From: an uncultured delta proteobacterium
Lineage (GTDB): Bacteria > Desulfobacterota > Syntrophia > Syntrophales > UBA2192
Direction of reading: 5' to 3'
Length of the DNA stretch: 64,000 bases
NCBI GenBank assembly: GCA_963810965.1
Contig: CAWEPT010000012.1
Location: 4,314 to 68,313 of the forward strand
In this document: positions 54,179 to 64,000 of the stretch, one piece after another
Position numbering within the stretch: position 1 is the stretch's first letter
Layout of the letters: every line of letters begins with the position of its first letter
Position numbers and translations under genes: made by a program
Notes under the pieces: model-generated
Database searches by the model: none
The model's input: the letters and a program-made list of their open reading frames with translations, nothing else
Told to the model about the DNA's origin: nothing

Positions 54179-55131
54179 GACCGCATGCCATGACACCGGC
54201 CACCGTTCCCACCCGGCGGGCCTTCTCCGAGCGAATGGCCGAATACGGAGCCATCGACGGCGACTTCGTCGTCTTCGAGGCCGACATCGGCTATTCCACC
54301 TTCTCGCATCTGTTCGGCGACAAATACCCCGAGCGCTACTTCAACATGGGCATCGCCGAGGGCAACATGGTGAGCGCCGCCGCCGGCATGGCCGCAGACG
54401 GCCGCACCGCCGTGGCGTCGAGCTACGGCGTATTCATCACCATGCGGGCACTGGAGTCGGTGCGGACCTTCGTCTGCTACCCGGATCTGAACGTCAAGTT
54501 CCTCTCGTCGCACGGCGGGTTCACGCCGGCCATCGACGGCGTGTCCCACCAGGCCACGGAGGACATCGCCAACATGACGACGCTGCCCAACATGAAGGTC
54601 CTCGTGCCGGCCGACACGTGGGCCGCCAAGAAGCTCTTCGACGTGGCCCTGCAGACGCCGGGGCCCGTTTTCGTCCGCCTCATGCGCGACCCCATCCTCG
54701 ATCTCTACGAGGAAAGCGACCCCTTCCGCATGGGCGGAAGCCACGTCGTCATCGAGGGGACCGACGTGACGATCGCCACCTACGGCGACATCGTCTTCGA
54801 GGCCATCGAAGCGGCAAGGCTTCTCGCAAAGGAGGGCATCCGCGCCGAGGTCATCGACATGTACTCCGTGAAACCCTTCGACCGGGAGACCCTGCTCAAG
54901 TCCCTGGACAAGACGGGCGCCCTCGTCGTCGCCGAGAACCACCAGAAGCGAAACGGCCTGGGCTACGAACTCTCCAACTTCTGCCTCAAGAACAAGGTGG
55001 TTCCCTTCGACAACCTGGGCCTCGAGGACACCTTCGCCGAGAGCGGAAGCTACGGGAAGCTTCTCGAGAAATACGGGCTGTCGAAGACCCATATCGCCGG
55101 GGCGGCAAAGCGCCTCCTCAGGAGGGCATAG
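54175..55131 (+). CDS. Transketolase, C-terminal subunit
   Basis: NMGIAEGNM, DGVSHQ, AENH. Confidence 0.9.
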   Translation: MRPHAMTPATVPTRRAFSERMAEYGAIDGDFVVFEADIGYSTFSHLFGDKYPERYFNMGIAEGNMVSAAAGMAADGRTAVASSYGVFITMRALESVRTFVCYPDLNVKFLSSHGGFTPAIDGVSHQATEDIANMTTLPNMKVLVPADTWAAKKLFDVALQTPGPVFVRLMRDPILDLYEESDPFRMGGSHVVIEGTDVTIATYGDIVFEAIEAARLLAKEGIRAEVIDMYSVKPFDRETLLKSLDKTGALVVAENHQKRNGLGYELSNFCLKNKVVPFDNLGLEDTFAESGSYGKLLEKYGLSKTHIAGAAKRLLRRA

Positions 55132-55132
55132 C

Positions 55133-56097
55133 ATGGTCAAGATGGGGATCATCACCGGCTTTCTCGGGCAGACGAAAGACCGGTTCCACCTGTACAACGA
55201 GCCGAAGAGCGTCGAGGAAAAATTCGCCCTCATGGCAAAGATCCGGGGCTACGACGGCGTCGAGATCGTCTACCCCTACGAGGTGAACGACGCGGCCTTC
55301 ACGCGGGCCTGCTGAAAAAGTACAGGCTGAAGGTTGCGGCCGTGAACGTGAACGTCAAGGCGGAGCCGGAGTTTCTCAACGGCGGCCTCACCTCGACGAA
55401 GAAGGCGGTGCGCGAAAAAGCGGTGCGCTTCATCAAGGAGTCGAAAGACTTCGCCGCAGCCATCGGCGCCGACAAGGTGACCTGCTGCCCCCTGGGCGAC
55501 GGGTTCGAGTTTGCCTTCCAGTGCGACTACCGGAAGATGTGGACGTACCTCGTCGACGCCTTCGGCGAGTGCGGCTCCTACCGCGAGGAGATCCCCCTGT
55601 TCATCGAGTACAAGCCCAGCGAGACGCGGGGGAAGTGCTTCGTCGACTCGGCGGCCAAGACGCTCTGTCTTCTCCACGAGATCGGGCTCGCGAACATGGG
55701 CGTCACCATCGATTTCGGCCACTCCATCTATGGAGGCGAGCAGCCCGCCGAGGCGGTGGCCCTCGTCGCGGCAAGCCCCTGGCGTCTCTACATCCACATC
55801 AACGACAACGACGGGAAGTGGGACTGGGACTATTTCTGCGGCACGAAGCATTTCCTGGAGTACGTCGAGTTTTTGTACTACCTGAAAAAATACGGCTACA
55901 AGGACTACCTGACCTCCGACACCTCGCCGACGCGCTGGGACGTTCGGGGAACCTTCGAGGCCAACAGCCGGATCACGAACCGCATCTGGGCCCTGCTCGA
56001 GCGCATCGACGACAGGACCTTCTCGAGGCTCGTTTCGGGAGGCGACTACCTGAAGACGTGGAAGTTCATCGAGAAGGAGATCCTGGGTCTGCGCTAG
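55133..56097 (+). CDS. Xylose-isomerase-like TIM-barrel sugar isomerase/epimerase (frameshift near 55310)
   Basis: IEYKPSE, TIDFGH, HINDND. Confidence 0.82.
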
Positions 56098-56122
56098 AGA
56101 AGGAAGGAAAAGGAGGGAGAAA

Positions 56123-57097
56123 ATGAATAAGTTCAATGTGTATGTCACCCGGCTCATCCCCGTGGAGGGCCTGACCCTGCTGAGGGAAACCTGCACCGTG
56201 GAGATCAATCCCGAGGACCGTCCCCTCTCCCGGGAAGAGCTGCTGAAGAACGTGAAAGGCCGCGACGGCGTGATCTCCCTCCTCACCGACCGCATCGACG
56301 GCGAGGTCATGGACACGGCGAAGGGGATCAGGGGGTTTGCCAACTACGCCGTGGGCTTCGACAACCTGGATGTGAAGGCCGCCACGGCCCGCAAGCTCCC
56401 CCTGTCGAACACGCCCGGCGTGCTCACGCTTGCCACGGCGGAGATGGCCTGGACGCTGCTGTTCGCCGTCGCCCGGCGCCTCATCGAGTCGGAGAAAGTC
56501 ATGCGCTCGGGCACCTGGCCCGGCTGGGGGCCCCTGCAATTCATCGGCGGCGACGTGACGGGAAAGACCCTCGGCATCGTGGGGGCGGGACGGATCGGGA
56601 CGGCCATGGCCCTCATGTCCAAGGGGTTTGCCATGAAGGTCCTCTACACCGACGAGGTTGCCAACGCGGTCCTCGAGAAGGAACTGGGGGCAAAAAAGGT
56701 CTCTTTCGAGGAGCTGCTCAGGGAATCGGACTTTGTGAGCATCCATGTCCCCCTCATGCCCTCCACGCGGCACCTGTTCAACGCGAAGGTCTTCGCCATG
56801 ATGAAATCCACGGCCTATCTCATCAACACGGCCCGCGGGCCCGTCATCAACGAGGCCGAACTGGTGGAGGCGCTCCGCAAAAACGTCATCGCCGGGGCGG
56901 CCCTCGACGTCTACGAGTTCGAGCCGAAAATGGTCCCCGGTCTTGCCGAGCTTGTCGAATGTCGTCATCGCCCCCCACACCGCCTCGGCGACGAGATCGT
57001 CGCGCTCGGGAATGTCCGTCAAGGCCGCGACAAACCTGCTGGCCATGCTGAAGGGCGAGCGCCCCCCGACTGCCTCAACCCCGAAATCTACGGCTGA
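56123..57097 (+). CDS. D-glycerate/2-hydroxyacid dehydrogenase
   Basis: AVGFDN, GAGRIG, INTARG, DVYEFEP; compensating indels near the C-terminus. Confidence 0.9.
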   Translation: MNKFNVYVTRLIPVEGLTLLRETCTVEINPEDRPLSREELLKNVKGRDGVISLLTDRIDGEVMDTAKGIRGFANYAVGFDNLDVKAATARKLPLSNTPGVLTLATAEMAWTLLFAVARRLIESEKVMRSGTWPGWGPLQFIGGDVTGKTLGIVGAGRIGTAMALMSKGFAMKVLYTDEVANAVLEKELGAKKVSFEELLRESDFVSIHVPLMPSTRHLFNAKVFAMMKSTAYLINTARGPVINEAELVEALRKNVIAGAALDVYEFEPKMVPGLAELVECRHRPPHRLGDEIVALGNVRQGRDKPAGHAEGRAPPDCLNPEIYG

Positions 57098-57118
57098 CAG
57101 CCTTGCGTAGATAAAGCG

Positions 57119-57149
57119 AAAAGGGCTTCCCGAACCGGGAAGCCCTTTT
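57119..57149. terminator. Bidirectional terminator between convergent operons
   Basis: AAAAGGGCTTCCCG-AAC-CGGGAAGCCCTTTT. Confidence 0.85.
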
Positions 57150-57241
57150 CCATTGAAAGAGGGAATTGCTCCCTCCCCTTCCTTCTTGATGTATTTCTTC
57201 TCCCCCTGTACCCTGTACCCTGGTCCCTGTCCCCCTGTCCC

Positions 57242-58529
57242 CTATCCCATGAGCAGCCGGAAAATAACCTGCGTCAGCTCCGGCACATAGGTGATGATGA
57301 ACAGGACCACGACAGCCGCCGCCATCATCGGGATCAGGTGGCGCGTGACTGCCCCGATGCCCGCCTTCGCGAGGCTCGCCGCGACAAAGAGGGTGCCTCC
57401 GACAGGCGGCGTGTAGAGGGCAATGGCGAGATTGGCCGTGATCACGACCCCGAGGTGCACCAGGTCGATCTTGAAGGCCATCGCCATGGGGAGAAACAGC
57501 GGGGTCGTCAGCAGCATCGCCGGCAGCGGCTCGATGAAAATACCAATAAGCAGCAGGCGAGATATTGAGGAGAAGCAGAAAGACCCAGGGCTCGTGCGCC
57601 ACGCTCTGGACCCATTCGGAGAGCTGCATCGCCACCTGCTCCACCGTGATCAGCCAGGCCAGGCAGCCGGTTGCGCCGATGACGAGAAGCACGACCGCAC
57701 TGGTCTGGAAGGCCTTCAGGATGATCGGCGGCAGGTCCCGCCAGGTGATGTCCTTGTAAAGAAACAGGGAAATGCACAACCCATAGACGACGGCAACGGA
57801 GGCCGCCTCGGTGGGCGTGAACTGCCCGGACCAGATGCCGCCGACGATGATGACGGGCATGAGGAGCGCAGGGCCCGCTGCCTTGAAAGCCGCCCAGATC
57901 TCAGCGGCCGAGGCCCGCTTGTCGCCGTTGTCACAACCGGTCTTCTTCCCGTACCATATGCAGACACCGATCAGGGCCAGTGCCATGATGAAGGCCGGGA
58001 TGACGCCGGACATGGAGAGCTGACGCATCGAGACGCCGGAGATGTAGGCATAAACGAGAAACGGAATGGACAGGGGCATGAGCAGCGCGAGCGTCCCCGC
58101 CACGGAGAGCAGCGCCGCGGTGAATGCCGGGGGATAGCCGCGCTGGACCATCATGGGGATGACCAGTGAGCCGATCGCCGCCGTATCGGCGATGGCCGAT
58201 CCCGATATGCCGCCGAACATGAGACAGGAGACGACGGTGACGACGCCGAGCCCTCCGGGCAGAAAACCGAAGAGGGTCCGCGCGAATTCCACGATCCGCT
58301 TGCCCACGCCGCCCCGGGACAAAAGCTCGCCGCCGAAGATGAACAGCGGCACGGCGATGAGAATGAAGGGCTCCACGCCGGAGATGAAGCTCAGGAAAAT
58401 CGTCTCCAGCGGGTGGCCGAGATCGTTCGCCCAGATCATCCCGACCGTCGTCGCAAGCAGGGCGTACATGAGGGGCACACCCGCCAGGGCGATGACAAAA
58501 AAGACGACAAAGATGGTCAGTGCGAACAT
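57242..58529 (-). CDS. dctM: TRAP transporter large permease (frameshift near 57560)
   Basis: AVPLF, GISGSAIAD, FTPTEA, TPPVG. Confidence 0.9.
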
Positions 58530-58532
58530 GAT

Positions 58533-59045
58533 TCAGGCTCCGTAGCGCTCTTCGGGCGTTTTGCCTTGCAGGATCTGGACGAGATCGTAGGTCACAAAAA
58601 CCATGCTCGCCCCGGCACCGACGGGCAGGGCCATGTACTGGAGAGCCATGGGCCAGTCGAGGACCGTGAGCACGTTGCCCCAGCTTGCCATGACGATGCC
58701 CACGCCGTACCAGACCAGCAGCGCCAGGACGGCCAGCGCAAGGACCTGGACGGCGGCGTCGGCCATGCGCCTTGGAATGCCGTGGAGCATGTCGATGAAT
58801 TCGGTGATCGTCATGTGTGCGCCACGCCGGGCCGCGGCGGCCCCTCCCAGGAAAGACGCCCAGACCATCATGAATTCGCAGAATTCGATCGTCCAGGCGA
58901 TATCGTGGTGAAAGACGTGCAGAACCACATTGACGAAGACGAGCACCACCATGGCGGCGCCGATCAGAACGACGGCGTGATCAACGAGTGCGGAAAGAAA
59001 GCGGATCGGCGCAGGCCCCGGCGGGCCGGGGGGCAGAAGAGGCAT
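58533..59045 (-). CDS. dctQ: TRAP transporter small permease
   Basis: Four TM segments; position within the TRAP operon. Confidence 0.85.
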   Translation of the reverse strand: MPLLPPGPPGPAPIRFLSALVDHAVVLIGAAMVVLVFVNVVLHVFHHDIAWTIEFCEFMMVWASFLGGAAAARRGAHMTITEFIDMLHGIPRRMADAAVQVLALAVLALLVWYGVGIVMASWGNVLTVLDWPMALQYMALPVGAGASMVFVTYDLVQILQGKTPEERYGA

Positions 59046-59113
59046 CGGGGTACTCCTGAAAGACGCCGGCCCCCTTGCGAGGGCCGGCGTTGTGGTTCAA
59101 ACCCGGGTGATCG

Positions 59114-60156
59114 TTACTTCTTCTTCGGCGCTGCCTTTGCCGGGGCCTTTGCGGGCGCTTTCCGGACGGCCTCGGCATCGGCGAGGAATTCGTCCACCTC
59201 GGCCTTGCCGTATTTCTCGCTCGCCTTGGCGTACACGGGCTTTACCGCCACGCGGAAGGGCTCCAGGGAGGGAGAGGTCACCTTGGCTCCCTTGGCCGCC
59301 ATCTCCTTGAGCTGCTTGTCCTCGGTGGCGACGATCTCCTTGCGGCTCCAGTCCGCGGCTTCCTTCGCCGCCTTGGTCACGGCAGCGCGGTCGGCCGGCG
59401 AGAGTTTCTGCCAGGTTTTCTCCGAGATGGCCAGCGGGATCGGGCTGTAGACGTGCCTTGGTCAATGTCACGTAGGGCGCCACTTCGTAGAACTTGTTGG
59501 AGAAGATCGTGTCGATGGGGTTTTCCTGTCCGCTCACGGTACCCTGCTGGATGGCCAGGTAGACTTCGGGCAGGGGCATGATCTGGACGGTAAACCCGAC
59601 GGCTTCCAGCGTCCAGCGCATCATCTCGTTGGGGAAGGTGCGAAGCTTTCTTGCCCTTGGCATCCTCGGGCGTGCGGAGCGGGTCCTTCGTGGTCATGCA
59701 GCGGAAGCCGGCCTCGAAGGTGGACAGGAAGCGGAACCCCTTGGCCGGGGCCTTGTCGAACTGCTTCTGGAGCCACTTCGACTCGTCGTAGAGCTTCCAG
59801 CCCTGCGGGTAGTTGTCGACCAGGAAGGGCAGCATGGTGAGGTTGAGCGTATCGACGTGGGGCGCGTAGGAGCCGGTGCTCGACACGGTGAAATCGATTC
59901 CGCCCAGGGTGAGCTGCTCGATGTTCTTCGGGTCGTTGCCCAGCTGGCTGCAGCAGAACACCCGGACTTCATAGCGGCCCTGGGTGTACTCCTTGACCTT
60001 TTTCCCGAAAAGCTCCGCGGCCGCCTGACGGGCCCCCTGCATCTGGTCCGTGTGGCTGAACTTCAGTATCGTCGCGGCCTCGGCGCTCCACGCCCCGAAC
60101 GCAGCAGCTGCGACCATGAGAACCACAAACATCCTGAGAACCGACCTGCCGTTCAT
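59114..60156 (-). CDS. dctP: TRAP substrate-binding protein (indels)
   Basis: Signal peptide; SQLG, LPFL, GFR, EVYLAIQQGTVSGQENP; AK-rich tail. Confidence 0.88.
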
Positions 60157-60266
60157 GTCACCCTCCTGTCTGGTTGCTGGCTGAGTTTTCCTTCGACCCG
60201 AAACCGGCAAGAACCGGCGCCCGTTGATTTTCCCCCTCCGGGCAGGCCCCTTTTGCGCGGCGCACA

Positions 60267-60286
60267 ATATTGTATTTTGTATGCAA
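60267..60286 (-). promoter_or_regulatory. Candidate GntR operator upstream of the TRAP operon
   Basis: Minus strand TTGCATACAAAATACAATAT, downstream of a TTGACA at 60312-60317. Confidence 0.6.
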
Positions 60287-60421
60287 TCCTCTCTATCACA
60301 TCGGCGGGGTTTGTCAAGAACGTTTTCACGGAAAAAGGTGTTACGCCCCGCGGGTTCCGTTTGCAGCCAAAAGAAATCGCAAGCCGATGCCGCTTCAGCG
60401 CAGCCCCGGACCCGGACCGTT

Positions 60422-61084
60422 TCACAGGGTCAGCAGATGCTCATTTTCCCTGAGCCACTTCCGCCGCTGCGCGTAATCGGGAAGGATGCGCCCCACCCGC
60501 CCCCAGAACCTCCGGGAGTGGTTCATCTCGACGAGGTGGGAGAGCTCATGGACGATGACGTAATCGATGACGGGCGGGGGGGCCATGACGAGGCGCCAGG
60601 CAAAATTCAAGCTCCCCGCGGCGTTGCAGGAGCCCCATCGCTCTTTCGCATCGGTGATCCGCACGGACCGGCAGGTCAGCCCCATCCGCAGGGCGAATTG
60701 CGCCACCCGGTCCTCGAGAATCTCCCGGGCCCTGGCCCGGTACCAGGTGCGGAAAAGATCCCCTGCCCTGGAAGACAAATCGGCGCCCAGGAGGAATTCC
60801 CCGTTTTCCTTCCGCAGATATTCCCCGCCCGCAACGTAGCGCAGGCAGTGCTGCTCGCCCAGGAAGGGAAAGGGCTCCCCCTCCCGGAACCGCCTCGGCG
60901 TTCTTTCTTCCTGCAGCACCCTGGCCTGGGCGAGCTTCCGGGCGATCCAGCCGCGGTTCTGATGCACAAAGGCCAGTACCTCGCGGCGGGCGAGCTTCAG
61001 GGGCGCACGGACGAGGACTCCCCCCTCTTTCGTGATCTCCACGGCAATCGTTTTTCTTCGTGAGCGGATGATGTCGAAGTCCAT
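60422..61084 (-). CDS. YgjP/M48-like (DUF45) metal-dependent hydrolase
   Basis: RSRRKT, RWGSC, YVIVHELSH, NHS..FW. Confidence 0.88.
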   Translation of the reverse strand: MDFDIIRSRRKTIAVEITKEGGVLVRAPLKLARREVLAFVHQNRGWIARKLAQARVLQEERTPRRFREGEPFPFLGEQHCLRYVAGGEYLRKENGEFLLGADLSSRAGDLFRTWYRARAREILEDRVAQFALRMGLTCRSVRITDAKERWGSCNAAGSLNFAWRLVMAPPPVIDYVIVHELSHLVEMNHSRRFWGRVGRILPDYAQRRKWLRENEHLLTL

Positions 61085-61253
61085 GGGTGAAAACAGGGTT
61101 ACAGGGTATAGGGCAAAGGGTTGCAGGGTGAAGATTGAGAGGAAAGGTGTACAGGCCAGAATAAAGGACCACGGAGGAGAAATGACCGGGCCGTTTGCCG
61201 GCTGTCGACTTTCCCTGTCGACCCTATACCCTGGACCCGCCTGACCCTGGCGG

Positions 61254-62234
61254 TTACATTTTCTTCTTCGAGCCGTTCCGGGGCGTCTCCTGCGAGAGGC
61301 ATTTCTCGAAGTTCGCGTAGAAGTCTTTTGCCGTCCCCGTGGGGACTTTCAGGCTGTAGCGGCCCGGGGGGAGAGAACCATTGCGGATTTCCGGGTTCAT
61401 CTCGCGGATGGTCTTGTAGGTCGTCCCGCAGGCGCGGGCGATGACGTTGACGTGCACCTCGCGGTGGGAATGGATCTCGATGCGATCGGTCTCGACAACG
61501 GGATAGACCCGGATGGCCGAGGTCCGGTAGCCGTAACGCTCGGGGTTTGTCAGGATGATCTTCGCCGAGAGCATGCGGAAGATGTACCGCTCCGTTTCCT
61601 GCGGGAGATCCACATCGTAATAATTGGCCGCCCCCTGCATTTCCATGCTCTTCGCCATCCGGTCCTCACCGCAGTTATAGGCGGCAATGGCAATGCCCCA
61701 GCTGCCGAACTGGCGATGGAGCTCTTCCAGGTAGTTGAGCGCCGCCTCGGTGGCCTTCTCGAAGTTGAGCCGCTCGTCGATCGCGCCGTCCACACGCAGG
61801 CCGAAACGCTTGGCGGTCTTCTCCATGAACTGCCAGGGCCCTGTCGCCTTCGCCGAGGACACGGCATAGGTCCTGAGCGAGCTTTCCACGACGGCCACGT
61901 ACTTGATGTCGTCGGGCATCTTCCGCTCGCGCAGCCGTTTTTCGATGTAGGGGAAGTAGCGGTTTGCCCGCTTGAGCCAGAGGATGACCTGCTCCTGATT
62001 GTAAACGGACAGAACGAAGGCCTGGTCCATCATCTCCCAGACATCCTGCCTCTCCAGGGGGACCTTCTCCCCGCAGAGCTGCAGCGGCTGCGGAAATTCA
62101 TGGATGGGGACGGGCATCATCTGCGCCCCGGCAGCGGCCGGGAGCAGTGCGGAAGCGAAGAAAAAAAGGCTTCCCATCAGGAGAAACACCCTCCGGGAAG
62201 TCATCGAAAACCGGTTCTCTGTTTTTCTAATCAA
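61254..62234 (-). CDS. Lytic transglycosylase (SLT/MltD-like)
   Basis: VESSL, GPWQFM, AAYNCG, LPQET.RY. Confidence 0.88.
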   Translation of the reverse strand: MIRKTENRFSMTSRRVFLLMGSLFFFASALLPAAAGAQMMPVPIHEFPQPLQLCGEKVPLERQDVWEMMDQAFVLSVYNQEQVILWLKRANRYFPYIEKRLRERKMPDDIKYVAVVESSLRTYAVSSAKATGPWQFMEKTAKRFGLRVDGAIDERLNFEKATEAALNYLEELHRQFGSWGIAIAAYNCGEDRMAKSMEMQGAANYYDVDLPQETERYIFRMLSAKIILTNPERYGYRTSAIRVYPVVETDRIEIHSHREVHVNVIARACGTTYKTIREMNPEIRNGSLPPGRYSLKVPTGTAKDFYANFEKCLSQETPRNGSKKKM

Positions 62235-62611
62235 TTTTCAAACCCCTTCGCCCCCGGAATCGCGCGATCCGCAATGCCGGGGCCGCTCACAACGCCGCGG
62301 GACTGAACCTGTCCCGCTCAACGAACCGGTCAGCAGCCGGCAAGAGCGAGAAAGACAACAAGCATCAGCAGCCAGAACAGGATGTTGCGCATAACCGTTG
62401 TCCGTCTCCTTGCGGGCATTGTGAACAGAACCACCCTGATAAGCAAGCAAAAAATGTACCCGCGCGGCGGCAGGAGCCGCCGCAGGGTATCAGGGTACAG
62501 GGTCATAGGGTTCAGGAAAAACAAAACGATAAAAAAAGACCGAGGAGACTATTCCTCGGTCCTTCTCATTCCTGTTCTTTGCCCTGTCCCCTGGACCCTG
62601 AACCCTGGCCC

Positions 62612-63004
62612 CTATTTTTCTATGATGGCAATCGCATCGATCTCGATCAGCGCCTCCGGATTCACCAGTGCCTTCACGACGACGCCCGTGGCGGCGGGAA
62701 AACCGTTCTTGAAATATTTTCTCCGAACGGCGGCCGTTTCCCTGTAGCGCTCCAGGGTCGTCACGTAGTCCGTGGTCTTCACGACATCGTCGAAGGAACC
62801 GCCCGCAGCTTCGAGGATCTCCCCGATCTTGCGAAAGATGAAGTCGGCCTGCGCGACGATATCGCCTTTCCCCGCGATCTCGCCCGTTTCCGGGTCCCGT
62901 GCAATCACCCCGGAAATGAAGAGAAAGGGGCCCCGCCTCACCGCCGTGGAAAACGTGCAGCGTTCGCCGAGGCGCCAGGGATCGATGACGTCAAACTTCT
63001 TCAT
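62612..63004 (-). CDS. RidA/YjgF-family protein
   Basis: LFISG, DVVKTT, R..YF...FPA, IEIDAIA. Confidence 0.88.
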   Translation of the reverse strand: MKKFDVIDPWRLGERCTFSTAVRRGPFLFISGVIARDPETGEIAGKGDIVAQADFIFRKIGEILEAAGGSFDDVVKTTDYVTTLERYRETAAVRRKYFKNGFPAATGVVVKALVNPEALIEIDAIAIIEK

Positions 63005-63055
63005 GGATTGATCCTCGAACGCCGGGATCGCCTGAGACAGGCCCCGCCCTGCCCC

Positions 63056-63535
63056 TCATTCTTCCTTCTTTTTTCCTGCCTTCGGCTTCTCCCCCGCAGT
63101 CTTGGGGAACATGTCGAAAACGCTCATGAAGGGATTGAAGGGGGGCGTCACCTGCGGGGCCTGCTGGGACAACTGCGCCCCCAGGTCGAGCCACTTGGAG
63201 AACTGCGTATCGACGGAACTCTTGTAGGCAAGGTAGTTCTTGACGACCTGCTGCAGGTACTTCTCGAAGAACTCGGAGAGCACGGTCTCGCCGAACTGGA
63301 TCATGAGGTGAAGAAGCGGGACGGGCAGGAGGAAATTTTTCTTCTTCGCCTCCTCCAGGATGATCTGGGTGAGGGTGAAGGCCGTCACGTCCTCTTTCGT
63401 CTGGGCGTCGACGACCTCGATCTGTCTGCCCTCCTTGATCATCTCCGCCAGGGCGGCAAGGGTCACATAGGCGTTTTTCTCCGTGTCGTAGAGGCGCCGG
63501 TTGTTGTATTTCTTGATCACCACGCTCTCAGCCAT
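63056..63535 (-). CDS. phaR: Polyhydroxyalkanoate regulator PhaR-like
   Basis: IKKYNNRRLYDT..YVTL, EDVT..TLTQII. Confidence 0.85.
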   Translation of the reverse strand: MAESVVIKKYNNRRLYDTEKNAYVTLAALAEMIKEGRQIEVVDAQTKEDVTAFTLTQIILEEAKKKNFLLPVPLLHLMIQFGETVLSEFFEKYLQQVVKNYLAYKSSVDTQFSKWLDLGAQLSQQAPQVTPPFNPFMSVFDMFPKTAGEKPKAGKKKEE

Positions 63536-63801
63536 ATTCCCCTCTCTGCGGATCTGATCGTTTACGGGTTGATGTAACAACGCAACAATTACAACTCTTC
63601 ATGGAGACGTTGTTAATTCTCATAACAGATAAAACATTAAAATTCAACAGCTTAATATTCATCATCCTGCCGACAGAATCACCACGCCGATATTGCACTG
63701 CAACATCGCCCTTGACAAAACGCACCGGGAAGCATAAATAAGGGGCTCGAAAAACGAAGGACCCCGTAACCGGGGATCCCACGCACGTGGAGGCCCATAA
63801 C

Positions 63802-64000
63802 ATGGAAACAAATCTCATTGCAAAGCAAACCCTGCAGATCTATCATGCCGCGCTCACACAGACTCTCGACGCTGCACTGGCCGCCCAGGACCAGTCGCAG
63901 AAGACGATCGAGAGCCTGCTGGATCAGTCACCCGTAGTTCCCCAGGAGGGAAAGCGGGCAATCAACGACTGGCTCGAGGCCTGCCGTCAACAGACGACGG
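63802..64000 (+). CDS. Phasin-like protein (partial)
   Basis: METNLIAKQTLQIYHAAL...QDQSQKTIESLLDQSPVVPQEGKRAINDW; divergent from phaR; SD GGAGG. Confidence 0.55.
   Translation, partial: METNLIAKQTLQIYHAALTQTLDAALAAQDQSQKTIESLLDQSPVVPQEGKRAINDWLEACRQQTT

Noticed and set aside
55300-55325. TGC TGA in the isomerase (and TGA in htpX) as possible selenocysteine
   Set aside because: Homology continues in a different frame, so these are indels rather than readthrough.

Overview
A GC-rich bacterial window. Gene content and order (rpsF-rpsR-DUF2232-rplI-dnaB, DUF1844-ispE-tRNA-Gln-prs-rplY-pth, membrane PPase, PhaR/phasin, AtoE, acyl-CoA dehydrogenase) resemble a Desulfobacterota/Deltaproteobacteria syntroph; this placement is inference. 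About 20 genes, including the essential rpsR and dnaB, carry small indels that look like long-read errors rather than pseudogenes. The most interesting signal is non-coding: two related, unannotated minus-strand sigma54-type transcription units at about 20039-20303 and 31419-31547. Each has a near-identical -24/-12 promoter, an IHF-like site and 17-bp upstream dyads. Each also has a covarying hairpin that displays an anti-Shine-Dalgarno loop (UUUUGGU(U)CCCUCCUUU). One unit lies directly downstream of a GAF-GAF-AAA+-Fis enhancer-binding protein gene whose own promoter carries the same dyad. Together these suggest an undescribed bEBP/sigma54/anti-SD sRNA circuit. The window also has many polarised 7-mer (G-quadruplex-like) and 8-mer tandem arrays at intergenic borders, two related MITE-like elements, a GntR-controlled TRAP/split-transketolase sugar-acid cluster and a divergent-clade membrane pyrophosphatase.
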